Shown here: positions 1-9,953 of the stretch, in pieces | Layout of the letters: every line of letters begins with the position of its first letter | How positions within the stretch are numbered: the stretch's first letter is position 1 | Source: an uncultured Rhodocyclaceae bacterium | GTDB taxonomy: Bacteria; Pseudomonadota; Gammaproteobacteria; Burkholderiales; Ga0077523 | Assembly: GCA_964510915.1 (NCBI GenBank) | Contig: CAZEDA010000001.1 | Coordinates: 4,947 to 68,946 of the forward strand | DNA: 64,000 nucleotides | Direction of reading: 5' to 3' | Translations under genes and position numbers: made by a program | Notes under the pieces: model-generated | Databases searched by the model: none | Seen by the model: the letters and a program-made list of their open reading frames with translations, nothing else | What the model was told of the DNA's origin: nothing

Positions 1-235
1 GCAGCTGCTCCGCTCGCCGGTGGTCCCCGCTGTCATACGCCAGCTGCCCGGCGGCGGCGGATACGTGATCCGGGCCTATCCGTCGTGGGACAATTACCCC
101 AGCGGCGACTTCGCCGAGGATACGCGCCGCATGAATGCCTTCATCGAGGAGCGGGTGCGCGAGATGCCGGAGCAGTATCTCTGGCTCCACAAGCGCTTCA
201 AGACCCGGCCGGAAGGCGAAGCGCGCTACTACTGA
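1..235 (+). CDS. Lipid A late acyltransferase (LpxL/HtrB family), C-terminal fragment; 5' end lies outside the window
   Basis: The frame is open from the window edge. The tail ...MPEQYLWLHKRFKTRPEGE matches the conserved C-terminus of LpxL/HtrB-type acyltransferases. Confidence 0.6.
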   Translation, partial: QLLRSPVVPAVIRQLPGGGGYVIRAYPSWDNYPSGDFAEDTRRMNAFIEERVREMPEQYLWLHKRFKTRPEGEARYY

Positions 236-271
236 CGCCAGGCGCATCTGCGCGACCAGGAGCATCGATCG

Positions 272-727
272 ATGGACGACAGCGAGTTCGTGAATCCCGA
301 CGCGACAGCCCTCTGCGACGAACTGTCGCAGGTGCGTGTCGTGGCCGTGGTCGGGCTGTCGCCGAATCCCGATCGTCCCAGCTATCGCATCGCCCGCGCG
401 CTCCAGAGCCGCGGCTTCCGGATCGTGCCGGTCCGTCCCCTCGTGACGGAGGTGCTCGGCGAGCGCGCCTACGCGAAGCTTGCCGATGTCCCGTTTGCCG
501 TCGACCTCGTCAACGTGTTCCGGTCGGCGGACGCCGTCGATGGCATCGTCGACGAATGCGTGGCGACCGGCGCCCGCAGGCTCTGGATACAGGAAGGCAT
601 CGTCAACGTTCCCGCGGCCCGGCGCGCCCGGTCCCACGGCATCTGGACCGTGATGGACCGCTGCGTCTGGCGCGACCTGAAGAATCTTTGCGCGGACCGC
701 GCGCCCCGTCAGGAGGTACCCGCTTGA
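272..727 (+). CDS. CoA-binding domain protein (YccU/YneT-like)
   Basis: 151 aa with an ATG start. [24 protein letters not shown]...VDLVNVFR...RRLWIQEG is a typical CoA_binding_2 fold signature. Confidence 0.75.
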   Translation: MDDSEFVNPDATALCDELSQVRVVAVVGLSPNPDRPSYRIARALQSRGFRIVPVRPLVTEVLGERAYAKLADVPFAVDLVNVFRSADAVDGIVDECVATGARRLWIQEGIVNVPAARRARSHGIWTVMDRCVWRDLKNLCADRAPRQEVPA

Positions 728-1257
728 GCGACGACATCCTCATCGCCCCGCTGCGCGAACCGGACATCCCGGCCCTTCTCGCTCTGGCGCGCGACACGTG
801 GCAGCACCACTACCCCTCGATCATCTCGCAGGCCCAGATCGACTACATGCTCGAGCAGCGCTACAACGAAACGCTCATCCGCTCGCAGTTGGGGGCCGAC
901 GGCACCTGGTGGGACGTCATCAGGCAGGACGGCGAACTCGTCGGCTTTGCGCAGTACGAACTCGCCGATGCCGACGCGATGAAGCTCGACAAGCTCTACG
1001 TGCGATACGCCCTGCGCGGCCGGGGACTGGGTTCGATCCTGCTGCGGCATGTGGAGAACGAGGCGCGCGCGAAGGGACGCCATCGCCTGTTCCTGCAGGT
1101 GAACAAGAACAACCAGTCGGCCGTCGGCGCGTATCGCAAGAACGGGTTCGAGGTGGCCCGCGAGATCGTCGTCGACATCGGCGGCGGCTTCGTCATGGAC
1201 GATTTCGTGATGGAGAAGACGCTCGCGCCGCTGCCCGAGGGGCGTTCTCGCGGATGA
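724..1257 (+). CDS. GNAT-family N-acetyltransferase
   Basis: In-frame TTG at 724, overlapping the upstream stop. It carries the acetyl-CoA motif [16 protein letters not shown] and the ending ...[12 protein letters not shown]. The track ORF 85..1257 is an artefactual N-terminal extension. Confidence 0.8.
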   Translation: MSDDILIAPLREPDIPALLALARDTWQHHYPSIISQAQIDYMLEQRYNETLIRSQLGADGTWWDVIRQDGELVGFAQYELADADAMKLDKLYVRYALRGRGLGSILLRHVENEARAKGRHRLFLQVNKNNQSAVGAYRKNGFEVAREIVVDIGGGFVMDDFVMEKTLAPLPEGRSRG

Positions 1258-2102
1258 AGCTTTCCTTCACCAAGATGCAGGGGGCGGGCAACGACTTCGT
1301 CGTGATCGACGCCACCCGGGAGCCGATGCGCCTCTCGCGCGGGCAGTTGCGCTGGCTCGCCGATCGTCACTTCGGCGTGGGCTGTGACCAGATCCTCGTG
1401 GTCGAGGCACCGCGCGAGCCGGGCACCGATTTCCACTACCGCATCTTCAATGCCGACGGCGGCGAAGTGCAGCAGTGCGGCAATGGCGCGCGCTGCTTCG
1501 TTCGCTTCGTGCACGGGCACGGACTCACGGACAAGCGCGAGGTCCGCGTCGGGACGGCCGCAGGCGTCATCGTGCCGCGGCTCGAGCCGGATGGCGACGT
1601 CACCGTGAACATGGGACCGCCGGTGCTCGAGCCCGCGAGGATCCCGTTCCTCGCGCCGGCGCAGGCGACTGTGTATCCGCTGGATGTCCGCGGCACGACG
1701 CGAGAGATCGGCGCCGTCTCCATGGGCAATCCCCACGCGGTGCAGATCGTCGCCGACGTGGACACGGCGCCCGTGGCGACGGAGGGCCCGCTCATCGAAT
1801 CGCACGAGCGTTTCCCGGAACGCGTGAATGCCGGATTCATGCAGATCGTCGACACCGGCCACATCCGCCTGCGGGTGTACGAGCGCGGCGCGGGCGAAAC
1901 GCTCGCCTGCGGCACGGGCGCCTGCGCTGCCGTCGTGTCGGGCATCGTCCGCGGCGTGCTGACCAGCCCCGTGGACGTGGAGACCCGCGGCGGTCGTCTG
2001 CGCATCCGCTGGGACGGTGGCGCGAGCCCCGTCCTCATGACCGGACCCGCCGAAACGGTGTTCGAGGGCGAAGTGTCCGTCCCGAACATCACCGATCACT
2101 GA
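1254..2102 (+). CDS. dapF: Diaminopimelate epimerase
   Basis: Starts [19 protein letters not shown]. Both catalytic Cys motifs are present (QCGNGARC and ACGTGACA). The ATG at 1254 overlaps the GNAT stop (ATGA). Confidence 0.95.
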   Translation: MKLSFTKMQGAGNDFVVIDATREPMRLSRGQLRWLADRHFGVGCDQILVVEAPREPGTDFHYRIFNADGGEVQQCGNGARCFVRFVHGHGLTDKREVRVGTAAGVIVPRLEPDGDVTVNMGPPVLEPARIPFLAPAQATVYPLDVRGTTREIGAVSMGNPHAVQIVADVDTAPVATEGPLIESHERFPERVNAGFMQIVDTGHIRLRVYERGAGETLACGTGACAAVVSGIVRGVLTSPVDVETRGGRLRIRWDGGASPVLMTGPAETVFEGEVSVPNITDH

Positions 2103-2133
2103 CCGAAACAGAACCGTCCACCCAGGGGAAGCA

Positions 2134-2790
2134 ATGAGATTCACGGCCGACGAGGTTGCCCAGTATCTGAAGGATCATCCGGAGTTCTTCGACGAGTATG
2201 CGGAGATGCTGGCCGAGATCTACGTGCCCCATCCGCACGGCGGGCGTGCCATTCCGATCGCCGAGCGGCAGATCGTCACGCTGCGCGAGCGCAACCGCGC
2301 GCTGGAGAGCAAGCTGCATGAGCTGGTGCAGTTCGGCCAGGAGAACGACGGCACGATCGCCAAGATGCACGGGCTCACCCTCGCGCTCCTCGCGGCGGAT
2401 TCTCTCGATGCTGCGGCCGCCGCCCTGGTGGTCACGCTGCGATCGGATTTCGCGGTGCCGCAGGTCGCGCTGCGCCTGTGGGGCGACGGTGCCGGGAGTG
2501 GCACCGTGTTCGGCCCCGCCAGCAACGAGGTCCGCGTGTTCGCCGAGAGTCTCAAGGCGCCTTACTTCAGCCCCAATGCGATGTTCGAGACCGCGCAGTG
2601 GTTCGGCGACGGAGGCGAAGCGTTGCAGTCCTTCGGCTATGTGCCGCTTCGGGCCGGCGGGCGTGTCGGTCTGCTGGCGATGGGGTCGGACAATCCCGAC
2701 CGGTTCCGGCCGGAGATGGGATCGCTCTATCTCGAGCGCATGGGCGAGATCGCTTCGGCCGTGTTCGCCCGGCAGCTTCCGGCGGAGTGA
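2134..2790 (+). CDS. DUF484 family protein (YigA-like)
   Basis: 218 aa. The N-terminus reads VAQYLKDHPEFFDEY...ERQIVTLRERNRALE. It sits between dapF and xerC in the classic dapF-yigA-xerC arrangement. Confidence 0.85.
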   Translation: MRFTADEVAQYLKDHPEFFDEYAEMLAEIYVPHPHGGRAIPIAERQIVTLRERNRALESKLHELVQFGQENDGTIAKMHGLTLALLAADSLDAAAAALVVTLRSDFAVPQVALRLWGDGAGSGTVFGPASNEVRVFAESLKAPYFSPNAMFETAQWFGDGGEALQSFGYVPLRAGGRVGLLAMGSDNPDRFRPEMGSLYLERMGEIASAVFARQLPAE

Positions 2791-3698
2791 TGACCGACGG
2801 GGTCGAGGCACCGGCCGACCACCCGCTGTTCGACGGGTACCTCACCCATCTCAGCAGCGAACGGCGGCTCGCGGCGCTCACCGTCGAGAACTACGCGCGC
2901 GATGTGCGCGATCTGCTCGAACTGGTGGGCACGACGCCGTTCGAGCGGCTCACGGTCCACGACATCCGGCGTTTCGTCGCGCGTCTTCATGCGCAGGGTC
3001 TGGGCGGGCGCAGCCTGGCCCGGAAGCTCTCGGCCTGGCGCGGGTTCTTCGACTACCTGGCCCGCGATCACGGCCTGACCGCCAACCCGGCCGCGGGCCT
3101 CAAGGCGCCCAAGTCCCCCAAGCGCCTGCCCGCCAGCCTCACGCCGGACGAGGCTGCGAGTCTCCTCGACGGCGCGGACGAAGATGCGCTTCCGCTGCGC
3201 GACCGCGCGATGTTCGAACTGATCTACTCCTCGGGTCTGCGGCTGGCGGAAGTCCTGGGGGTCCGCCTCGAGGACATCGATCTCGCCGCCGGCACGGTGA
3301 GGGTGCTCGGCAAGGGCTCCAAGACGCGGGTCGTTCCGGTGGGGGCCCAGGCCATCGCCGCCGTGGAGCGCTGGCTGCCGGAGCGCGCCCTGATGGCGAA
3401 TACGGAGGAAAAGGCGCTGTTCGTGTCCCGTCGGGGCGGCCCTCTGCATCCCCGAACGGTCCAGGCGCGGCTGACGGCCCGGGCGAAGGCCCACGGCCTG
3501 GACGCCAAGGTTCATCCCCACGTGCTGCGGCACTCCTTTGCCTCGCACATCCTCCAGTCGAGCGGCGACCTCCGGGCGGTGCAGGAACTGCTCGGTCACG
3601 CCAGCATTTCCACCACGCAGGTGTACACGCACCTCGACTTCCAGCACCTCGCCAAGGCCTACGACGCGGCCCACCCGCGCGCGCGGAAGAAGACTTAG
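2790..3698 (+). CDS. xerC: Tyrosine recombinase XerC (chromosome dimer resolution)
   Basis: 302 aa from an ATG that shares one base with the upstream stop. The C-terminus HVLRHSFASHIL...LLGHASISTTQVYTHL carries the R-H-R-Y catalytic signature. The dapF-yigA synteny argues for a housekeeping enzyme rather than a phage integrase. Confidence 0.9.
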   Translation: MTDGVEAPADHPLFDGYLTHLSSERRLAALTVENYARDVRDLLELVGTTPFERLTVHDIRRFVARLHAQGLGGRSLARKLSAWRGFFDYLARDHGLTANPAAGLKAPKSPKRLPASLTPDEAASLLDGADEDALPLRDRAMFELIYSSGLRLAEVLGVRLEDIDLAAGTVRVLGKGSKTRVVPVGAQAIAAVERWLPERALMANTEEKALFVSRRGGPLHPRTVQARLTARAKAHGLDAKVHPHVLRHSFASHILQSSGDLRAVQELLGHASISTTQVYTHLDFQHLAKAYDAAHPRARKKT

Positions 3699-3731
3699 CG
3701 CACGGGCGAGCCTTGCGTGACCGAGGCAACA

Positions 3732-3745
3732 TGCACTATCTTGCA
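3732..3745. promoter_or_regulatory. TGCA-N6-TGCA operator-like site (aTGCActatctTGCAt) upstream of boxR
   Basis: Read directly from the intergenic region 3699-3780. It matches my recollection of the BzdR/BoxR operator core (TGCA repeats inside a short palindrome). Confidence 0.45.
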
Positions 3746-3780
3746 TGTCTCGACTGCCCTGACCCGATCGCCGGGTCCCC

Positions 3781-4707
3781 GTGCTCATGGATGCTTCTCC
3801 GGATTCCCCGATTCCCAGACCGGACCGCGACCCCCTGCTTCTCGCCATCGGGGAGCGCATCCGGCTGCTGAGGCTGCGTCGGGGTCTCACCCGCAAGGCG
3901 CTGGCCGTGGCGGCCGGGATCTCGGAGCGGCACCTGGCCAATCTGGAACTGGGGACGGGGAACGCCTCCATCCTCGTCCTCGCCCAGGTCGCCCGCGCCC
4001 TGCAGTGCGCGCTGGCGGAGGTCATCGGCGACAGCACCACGGCTTCCCCGGAAGGGCTCCTGATCCGCAGTCTGCTCGCCGGACGCTCCGAGCCGGAGCT
4101 CCAGCAGGTCCGGCAGATGCTCGCCGCGATGTTCGGACAAGGGCGGGATCCTGCCCGCGCCGGACGCATCGCCCTGGTCGGTCTGCGCGGGGCAGGTAAG
4201 TCCACACTTGGCCAGATCCTCTCTCAGGGCTTGGGGCTGCCCTTCATCGAACTCAGCCGGGAGATCGAGCGGATCGCCGGCTGCGGACTCGTGGAGATCC
4301 ATTCCCTGGTGGGCTCCGGCGGCTACCGGCGCTACGAACGGGAAGCTCTGGAAGCCGCCATCGAGGCCCATCCCAGGTTCGTCATGGCGACGCCCGGCGG
4401 GCTGGTTTCCGAACCGGGGACCTTCGGGCGCCTCATCGACCGGTGCTTCACCGTCTGGCTTCGCGCGACGCCCGAAGACCACATGGGGCGGGTGATGGCC
4501 CAGGGCGATTTCCGCCCGATGGCCGCCAGCCGCGAGGCCATGGAGGACCTCCGGCGCATCCTGGCCGGGCGAGAGGCCTTCTACGCCAAGGCCGATCTCA
4601 CCTTCGATACGAGCGGCCGGACCCTCGAGCGAGCGGGTGCCGAACTCCTGTCTGCCGTCAGCGCCGCGACCGGCATCCGCCCCGGCAAGGCGGTACCGGC
4701 CGCTTGA
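3781..4707 (+). CDS. boxR: BoxR/BzdR-type transcriptional regulator (XRE HTH fused to a shikimate-kinase-like domain)
   Basis: N-terminal HTH IGERIRLLRLRRGLTRKALAVAAGISERHLANLELG, then a P-loop LVGLRGAGKSTLG and a shikimate-kinase-like fold. It lies directly upstream of boxCBA. The start is GTG 3781 or ATG 3787. Confidence 0.8.
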   Translation: MLMDASPDSPIPRPDRDPLLLAIGERIRLLRLRRGLTRKALAVAAGISERHLANLELGTGNASILVLAQVARALQCALAEVIGDSTTASPEGLLIRSLLAGRSEPELQQVRQMLAAMFGQGRDPARAGRIALVGLRGAGKSTLGQILSQGLGLPFIELSREIERIAGCGLVEIHSLVGSGGYRRYEREALEAAIEAHPRFVMATPGGLVSEPGTFGRLIDRCFTVWLRATPEDHMGRVMAQGDFRPMAASREAMEDLRRILAGREAFYAKADLTFDTSGRTLERAGAELLSAVSAATGIRPGKAVPAA

Positions 4708-4722
4708 CGGCAGTTCGACGCA

Positions 4723-4736
4723 TGAACTATCGTGCA
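4723..4736. promoter_or_regulatory. Degenerate second operator-like site (TGAActatcgTGCA) upstream of boxC
   Basis: It shares the core ACTATC and the downstream TGCA with the site at 3732-3745, and lies in the 76-bp boxR-boxC spacer. Confidence 0.35.
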
Positions 4737-4783
4737 CGTCCCTGAACGAACCATCCGCCGCATCCGACGGTGACGAGGCTGCC

Positions 4784-6442
4784 ATGTCCGAGAATCCCCG
4801 CGTCGACTACCAGACCGACCCGAGCCGCTACCGGCACTGGAAGCTGTCCTTCGACGGGGCGGTCGCCACCCTCGCGCTCGATGTGGCGGAAGACGGCGGT
4901 CTCCGCCCCGGCTACGCCCTCAAGCTGAATTCCTATGACCTCGGCGTCGACATCGAACTGCACGACGCTTTGAATCGCGTCCGGTTCGAGCACCCCGAGG
5001 TGCGCTGCGTCGTGGTCACCAGCCTCAAGGACCGGATCTTCTGTTCCGGCGCCAACATCTTCATGCTGGGGCTCTCCACCCACGCCTGGAAGGTGAACTT
5101 CTGCAAGTTCACCAACGAGACGCGCAACGGCATCGAGGACTCCTCGCGCCATTCCGGGCTCAAGTTCCTTGCCGCCGTGAACGGCGCCTGCGCCGGCGGG
5201 GGCTACGAACTGGCCCTCGCCTGCGATGAAATCCTGCTGATCGACGACCGCTCATCGGCCGTGTCCCTGCCAGAGGTACCCCTCCTGGGCGTCCTGCCCG
5301 GCACGGGGGGCCTCACCCGGGTCACCGACAAGCGCCATGTCCGGCACGACCTCGCGGACGTCTTCTGCACGACGACCGAAGGCGTGCGAGGCCAGCGCGC
5401 CCTGGACTGGCGTCTCGTCGACGCCCTCGCCAAGCCTGCCCAGTTCTCCCAGGCTGTGGCAGCCCGCGCGGCGGACCTGGCCGCGAAGAGCGATCGTCCC
5501 TCGGACGCGAAAGGCGTCGCGCTTACCCCGCTTCAGCGCACCATCACCGAGGACGGCCTGGAGTACCGCAACGTATCGGTGCGCATCGACAGATCTGCGC
5601 GTACCGCCACCATCACCGTTCGCGCGCCGACGACGCCGCAACCCGCCGACATCGACGGCATCGTGAGCGCCGGCGCCGACTGGTGGCCCATGCAGATGGG
5701 GCGTGAACTCGACGACGCCATCCTTTCGCTGCGGACCAACGAACTTGCCGCGGGCACGTGGCTCCTCAAGACGGAGGGGTCTGCCGAATCCGTTCTGGCC
5801 TGCGACGCGGTCATGCGGACTCACGCAGGCCACTGGTTCGTGCGCGAAGTCACCGGTCTGCTGCGGCGCGCGCTCGCCCGGCTGGACGTGTCGTCCCGCA
5901 CCCTGTTCGCGCTGATCGAACCCGGCTCCTGTTTCGCCGGCACGCTGGCCGAGCTGGTCTTCGCCGCTGACCGCGCCTATATGGCAGCGCTGCCCGACAC
6001 CCCCGAGAAGGCGCCCCGGCTGGCGCTCTCGGAGCAGAACTTCGGCACGTATCCGATGGTCAACGGCCAGTCGCGTCTGGCACGCCGCTTCTACGAGGAG
6101 GCGGCCCCGCTGGAGGCCGCCCGCGCCACGATCGGTCGCTCACTCGATGGCGAAGAGTCCTTTGCGCTCGGGCTCGTCACGGCAACGCCGGACGACATCG
6201 ACTGGCCCGACGAGATCCGCCTTGCCGTGGAGGAGCGTGCCGCCATGTCTCCGGACGCGCTCACCGGGCTCGAGGCGAACCTGCGCTTCGCCCAGCGCGA
6301 ATCGATGGAGACTCGCATCTTCGGGCGACTGTCGGCGTGGCAGAACTGGATCTTCATCCGCCCGAGCGCGGTCGGAGAGAAGGGCGCGCTGAAGGTCTAC
6401 GGCAAGGGCGAGCGCGCCCAGTTCGACCCGAACCGCGTCTGA
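4784..6442 (+). CDS. boxC: Benzoyl-CoA-dihydrodiol lyase (2,3-epoxybenzoyl-CoA dihydrolase), crotonase superfamily
   Basis: 552 aa from ATG 4784. It has an enoyl-CoA hydratase-like N-terminal half (VVTSLKDRIFCSGANIF...AAVNGACAGGGYELALACD) plus the long C-terminal extension typical of BoxC, and is adjacent to boxB and boxA. Confidence 0.85.
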   Translation: MSENPRVDYQTDPSRYRHWKLSFDGAVATLALDVAEDGGLRPGYALKLNSYDLGVDIELHDALNRVRFEHPEVRCVVVTSLKDRIFCSGANIFMLGLSTHAWKVNFCKFTNETRNGIEDSSRHSGLKFLAAVNGACAGGGYELALACDEILLIDDRSSAVSLPEVPLLGVLPGTGGLTRVTDKRHVRHDLADVFCTTTEGVRGQRALDWRLVDALAKPAQFSQAVAARAADLAAKSDRPSDAKGVALTPLQRTITEDGLEYRNVSVRIDRSARTATITVRAPTTPQPADIDGIVSAGADWWPMQMGRELDDAILSLRTNELAAGTWLLKTEGSAESVLACDAVMRTHAGHWFVREVTGLLRRALARLDVSSRTLFALIEPGSCFAGTLAELVFAADRAYMAALPDTPEKAPRLALSEQNFGTYPMVNGQSRLARRFYEEAAPLEAARATIGRSLDGEESFALGLVTATPDDIDWPDEIRLAVEERAAMSPDALTGLEANLRFAQRESMETRIFGRLSAWQNWIFIRPSAVGEKGALKVYGKGERAQFDPNRV

Positions 6443-6533
6443 CCGCACTCGTTGTGCAGCGCTCGTCCCGGCGGAACGCGCTGCAACCGAATCACCCTCC
6501 GCCGCGCACCCACCCGTTTCCCGGAGCGCAGTC

Positions 6534-7958
6534 ATGAGCATCAACTACAGCGAGAAGATCCCGAACAACGTGAACCTCTCCGAGGACCGCGCCCTTCAGC
6601 GCGCGCTGGAGCAGTGGCAGCCCAACTTCCTCGACTGGTGGGGTGACGTGGGGCCCGACGGGTCCCAGGATTTCGACGTGTATCTGCGCACTGCCGTGAG
6701 CGTGGATCCGCAGGGCTGGGCGCAGTTCGACCACGTGAAGATGCCGGACTACCGCTGGGGCATCTTCCTCAATCCGCGCGAGGAAGGCCGCAAGATCCAC
6801 TTCGGCGAGCACATGGGCGAGGATGTGTGGCAGGACGTGCCCGGTGAACACCGCGCGAACCTGCGTCGCATCATCGTGACCCAGGGCGACACCGAGCCCG
6901 CCTCGGTCGAGCAGCAGCGCCATCTGGGTCTCACCGCACCGTCGATGTACGACCTGCGCAATCTCTTCCAGGTGAACGTCGAGGAAGGCCGGCACCTCTG
7001 GGCGATGGTCTATCTGCTGCACCGCTACTTCGGCCGGGACGGCCGCGAGGAAGCCGAGGCCCTGCTGGAGCGGCGCTCGGGCGACCAGGACAATCCGCGG
7101 ATCCTCGGGGCGTTCAACGAGCGCACGCCCGACTGGCTCAGCTTCTTCATGTTCACCTACTTCACCGATCGCGACGGCAAGTTCCAGTTGTGCGCGCTGG
7201 CGGAGTCGGGCTTCGATCCGCTCGCCCGCACGACGAAGTTCATGCTCACGGAAGAGGCGCACCACATGTTCGTCGGCGAGTCCGGCGTGTCGCGCGTCCT
7301 GCAGCGCACCTGCGACGTGATGAACCAGCTGAAGACCGACGATCCGGTCAAGGTCCGCGCGGCCGGGGCCATCGACCTCGCGACCATCCAGCGCTACCTC
7401 AACTTCCACTACTCGGTCACCATCGATCTGTTCGGCGCCGACCAGTCCTCCAACGCCGCGATGTTCTACAGCACCGGCATCAAGGGCCGTTACGAGGAAG
7501 GCAAGCGCACGGACGATCACCGTCTTCGCGGCGACACCTACCGGGTGCTCGAGGTGCAGGACGGCCGGCTGGTCGAGAAGGAAGTCCCCATGCTGAACGC
7601 GCTCAACGAAGTCCTGCGCGACGACTTCATCAAGGACTCCGTGGCTGGCGTGAATCGCTGGAACAAGGTCCTGGAAAAGGCGGGCATCCCCAATCGCCTC
7701 ACGGTTCCGCACAAGGCGTTCAACCGCCAGATCGGCACGCTCGCCAACGTGCGCATCTCGCCGGAAGGCCAGCCGCTTTCGCAGGCACAATGGGACGCCG
7801 GTCGCGACACGTGGCTGCCGACGGCGGAAGATCGCGCCTTCGTGCAGTCGCTGATGGGCCGGGTCGTGGAGCCGGGCAAGTTCGCCGGCTGGATCGCGCC
7901 GCCGGCGATGGGAATCAACCGCCAGCCGGTGAACTTCGAGTACATCCGGTTCAACTGA
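6534..7958 (+). CDS. boxB: Benzoyl-CoA 2,3-epoxidase, di-iron oxygenase subunit B
   Basis: 474 aa, starts [15 protein letters not shown]. Di-iron ligand motifs are present (EEGRHLW and TEEAHHMF). A GGAG ribosome-binding site lies upstream. Confidence 0.9.
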   Translation: MSINYSEKIPNNVNLSEDRALQRALEQWQPNFLDWWGDVGPDGSQDFDVYLRTAVSVDPQGWAQFDHVKMPDYRWGIFLNPREEGRKIHFGEHMGEDVWQDVPGEHRANLRRIIVTQGDTEPASVEQQRHLGLTAPSMYDLRNLFQVNVEEGRHLWAMVYLLHRYFGRDGREEAEALLERRSGDQDNPRILGAFNERTPDWLSFFMFTYFTDRDGKFQLCALAESGFDPLARTTKFMLTEEAHHMFVGESGVSRVLQRTCDVMNQLKTDDPVKVRAAGAIDLATIQRYLNFHYSVTIDLFGADQSSNAAMFYSTGIKGRYEEGKRTDDHRLRGDTYRVLEVQDGRLVEKEVPMLNALNEVLRDDFIKDSVAGVNRWNKVLEKAGIPNRLTVPHKAFNRQIGTLANVRISPEGQPLSQAQWDAGRDTWLPTAEDRAFVQSLMGRVVEPGKFAGWIAPPAMGINRQPVNFEYIRFN

Positions 7959-7981
7959 GCCGGCAGCACGGAGGAACGCGG

Positions 7982-9247
7982 ATGGACATGCCAGTGCAGG
8001 GAGCGCTCCTCCGTCAGCACCTGATCGACCCGGAGATCTGCATCCGGTGCAACACGTGCGAGGCCACCTGCCCCATCGGGGCGATCACGCACGACGACCG
8101 CAACTACGTCGTAAAGGCCGACGTCTGCAATGCATGCATGGCGTGCGTGCCGCCCTGTCCCACGGGGGCCATCGACAACTGGCGCAACGTGCCCAAGGCG
8201 TCGGCCTACCCGATCGAGGACCAGCTGCTGTGGGACGAGCTGCCGGCCGAGCTTCCGCCGGACCAGCTCGCGCTCGCGGAGCCTGGCACGACCCTGCCGC
8301 AAACCGAGCCCGCGCCCGCTGTCTCGGCGGACCCGATCGGGGAAGTGTTCGACGCGAAGCGCTACAACGCCACGCTCCCGCCCTGGTCTGCGGCGCATGC
8401 CTACACCAACCTCTATGGCCCCAAGGCGCCGATCACCGCCACGGTGGTCGGCAACTTCCGAGTGACCGATGCCGGCACCGAGAGCGACACGCACCACGTA
8501 GTCCTCGATTTCGGCGCCATGCCCTTCCCCGTGCTCGAAGGCCAGTCGATCGGCATCATCCCGCCCGGGACGGACGCCAACGGCCGCCCGCATCATGCGC
8601 GGCAGTACTCGATCGCGAGCCCGCGCAACGGCGAGCGCCCCGGGTACAACAACGTCTCGCTCACCGTGAAGCGGGTCACCGCGGATCCGCAGGGCAAGCC
8701 GATGCGCGGCGTCTGCTCACACTATGTCTGTGATCTGAAGGTGGGGGACACCGTGCAGGTCATCGGTCCCTTCGGGGCTTCCTTCCTGATGCCCAATCAC
8801 CCGCGCTCGAACATCGTGATGATCTGCACCGGGACGGGCAGCGCCCCCATGCGGGCCATGACCGAATGGCGCCGGCGGCTTCGCGCGAGCGGCAAGTTCG
8901 AAGGGGGCAAGCTGATGCTCTTCTTCGGCGCGCGGACCCAGCAGGAGCTGCCTTACTTCGGCCCGCTCATGAATCTCCCGAAGGACTTCATCGACGTGAA
9001 TCTCGCGTTCTCGCGCACGCCCGGGCAGCCGAAGCGATACGTGCAGGACCTCATGCGCGAGCGTGCCGCCGATCTCGCCGGGCTGCTGAAGGACCCGAAC
9101 ACGTTCTTCTACGTCTGCGGGTTGCGCAGCATGGAGGAGGGTGTGGTGCTGGCGCTGCAGGAAGTCGCCCGTGACGCGGGACTCCCGTGGGACGACCTCG
9201 GCCCGGCCCTGCAGCGCGAGGGCCGGTTGCATCTCGAGACCTACTGA
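7982..9247 (+). CDS. boxA: Benzoyl-CoA 2,3-epoxidase, NADPH-dependent reductase subunit A (2x[4Fe-4S] ferredoxin plus FNR-like domain)
   Basis: Two Cys clusters ([12 protein letters not shown] and [12 protein letters not shown]) are followed by an FNR-type flavin/NADPH domain ([20 protein letters not shown]). Confidence 0.9.
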   Translation: MDMPVQGALLRQHLIDPEICIRCNTCEATCPIGAITHDDRNYVVKADVCNACMACVPPCPTGAIDNWRNVPKASAYPIEDQLLWDELPAELPPDQLALAEPGTTLPQTEPAPAVSADPIGEVFDAKRYNATLPPWSAAHAYTNLYGPKAPITATVVGNFRVTDAGTESDTHHVVLDFGAMPFPVLEGQSIGIIPPGTDANGRPHHARQYSIASPRNGERPGYNNVSLTVKRVTADPQGKPMRGVCSHYVCDLKVGDTVQVIGPFGASFLMPNHPRSNIVMICTGTGSAPMRAMTEWRRRLRASGKFEGGKLMLFFGARTQQELPYFGPLMNLPKDFIDVNLAFSRTPGQPKRYVQDLMRERAADLAGLLKDPNTFFYVCGLRSMEEGVVLALQEVARDAGLPWDDLGPALQREGRLHLETY

Positions 9248-9251
9248 GGCG

Positions 9252-9857
9252 TCAGGCGAGCGCGCCCCTGATGAGGGCGAGCAGGTCACCGAAGTCGTCG
9301 ACGGCCTGCAGCTGCGGGAACTGCTGCTTCACGTTGTCCGGCGCGTGGAACAGGAAGCCCGCTTCGGCCTGCAGCAGCATGGACGTGTCGTTGAACGAAT
9401 CCCCCGCTGCCACCACCCGGTAGTTGAGTCCCTGGAACGCCTTCACGGCTTCGCGCTTCTGGTCCGGGATGCGCAGCTTGTAGTCGACGATCCGGTCGTC
9501 TTCCACCACGAGCCGGTGGCACAGCAGCGTCGGCATGCCGAGCTGGCGCATGAACGGCGCGGCGAACTGCTCGAACGTGTCGGACAGGATGACCATCTGC
9601 GTGAGGCTGCGCAGCTCGTCCAGGAAGGCGCGCGCGCCCTCCAGCGGCTCCAGCGTGCCGATCACCCGCTGGATGTCGCTCAGCTTGAGGCCGTTGTCCG
9701 CGAGAATCCGCAGGCGGCCGCGCATCAGCTTGTCGTAGTCGGGCTCGTCGCGGGTGGTGCGGCGCAGAGCCTCGATCCCCGTCTTGGTGGCTACGGCGAT
9801 CCAGATTTCGGGGGTGAGCACACCCTCCATATCGAGGGTGACGATGGTCTGCTTCAC
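9252..9857 (-). CDS. thrH: Phosphoserine phosphatase / homoserine phosphotransferase ThrH (HAD family)
   Basis: 201 aa from GTG 9857. It aligns along its full length with my memory of P. aeruginosa ThrH (LDMEGVLTPEIWIA...ILSDTFEQFAAPFMRQLG...AAGDSFNDTSML). The rest of track ORF 9252..10355 is a spurious extension. Confidence 0.85.
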   Translation of the reverse strand: MKQTIVTLDMEGVLTPEIWIAVATKTGIEALRRTTRDEPDYDKLMRGRLRILADNGLKLSDIQRVIGTLEPLEGARAFLDELRSLTQMVILSDTFEQFAAPFMRQLGMPTLLCHRLVVEDDRIVDYKLRIPDQKREAVKAFQGLNYRVVAAGDSFNDTSMLLQAEAGFLFHAPDNVKQQFPQLQAVDDFGDLLALIRGALA

Positions 9858-9953
9858 GGTGACGGGCCGGGGAGTGGTCGGGAACGGGCGCAAGTGTAAC
9901 GACTTCGGACTCGGGTAGGCTTGCCGCGTTGACGGAAAAAGCGGAGTGGCGCC

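Noticed and set aside
85-1257. 390-aa plus-strand ORF spanning the CoA-binding gene region
   Set aside because: Only the last 177 codons encode a coherent GNAT domain. The N-terminal 213 codons are Arg/Pro-rich out-of-frame readthrough across the real CoA-binding gene. I placed the start at TTG 724.
2790-3698. Possible integrase marking a mobile element or genomic island
   Set aside because: The dapF-yigA-xerC context, the full XerC-like length and motifs, and the absence of an adjacent tRNA, direct repeats or phage genes all indicate the housekeeping dimer-resolution recombinase.
2727-7790. Minus-strand ORFs 2727..4205, 3736..4785 and 6492..7790
   Set aside because: They are antisense to xerC, boxR and boxB, all of which carry diagnostic motifs on the plus strand.
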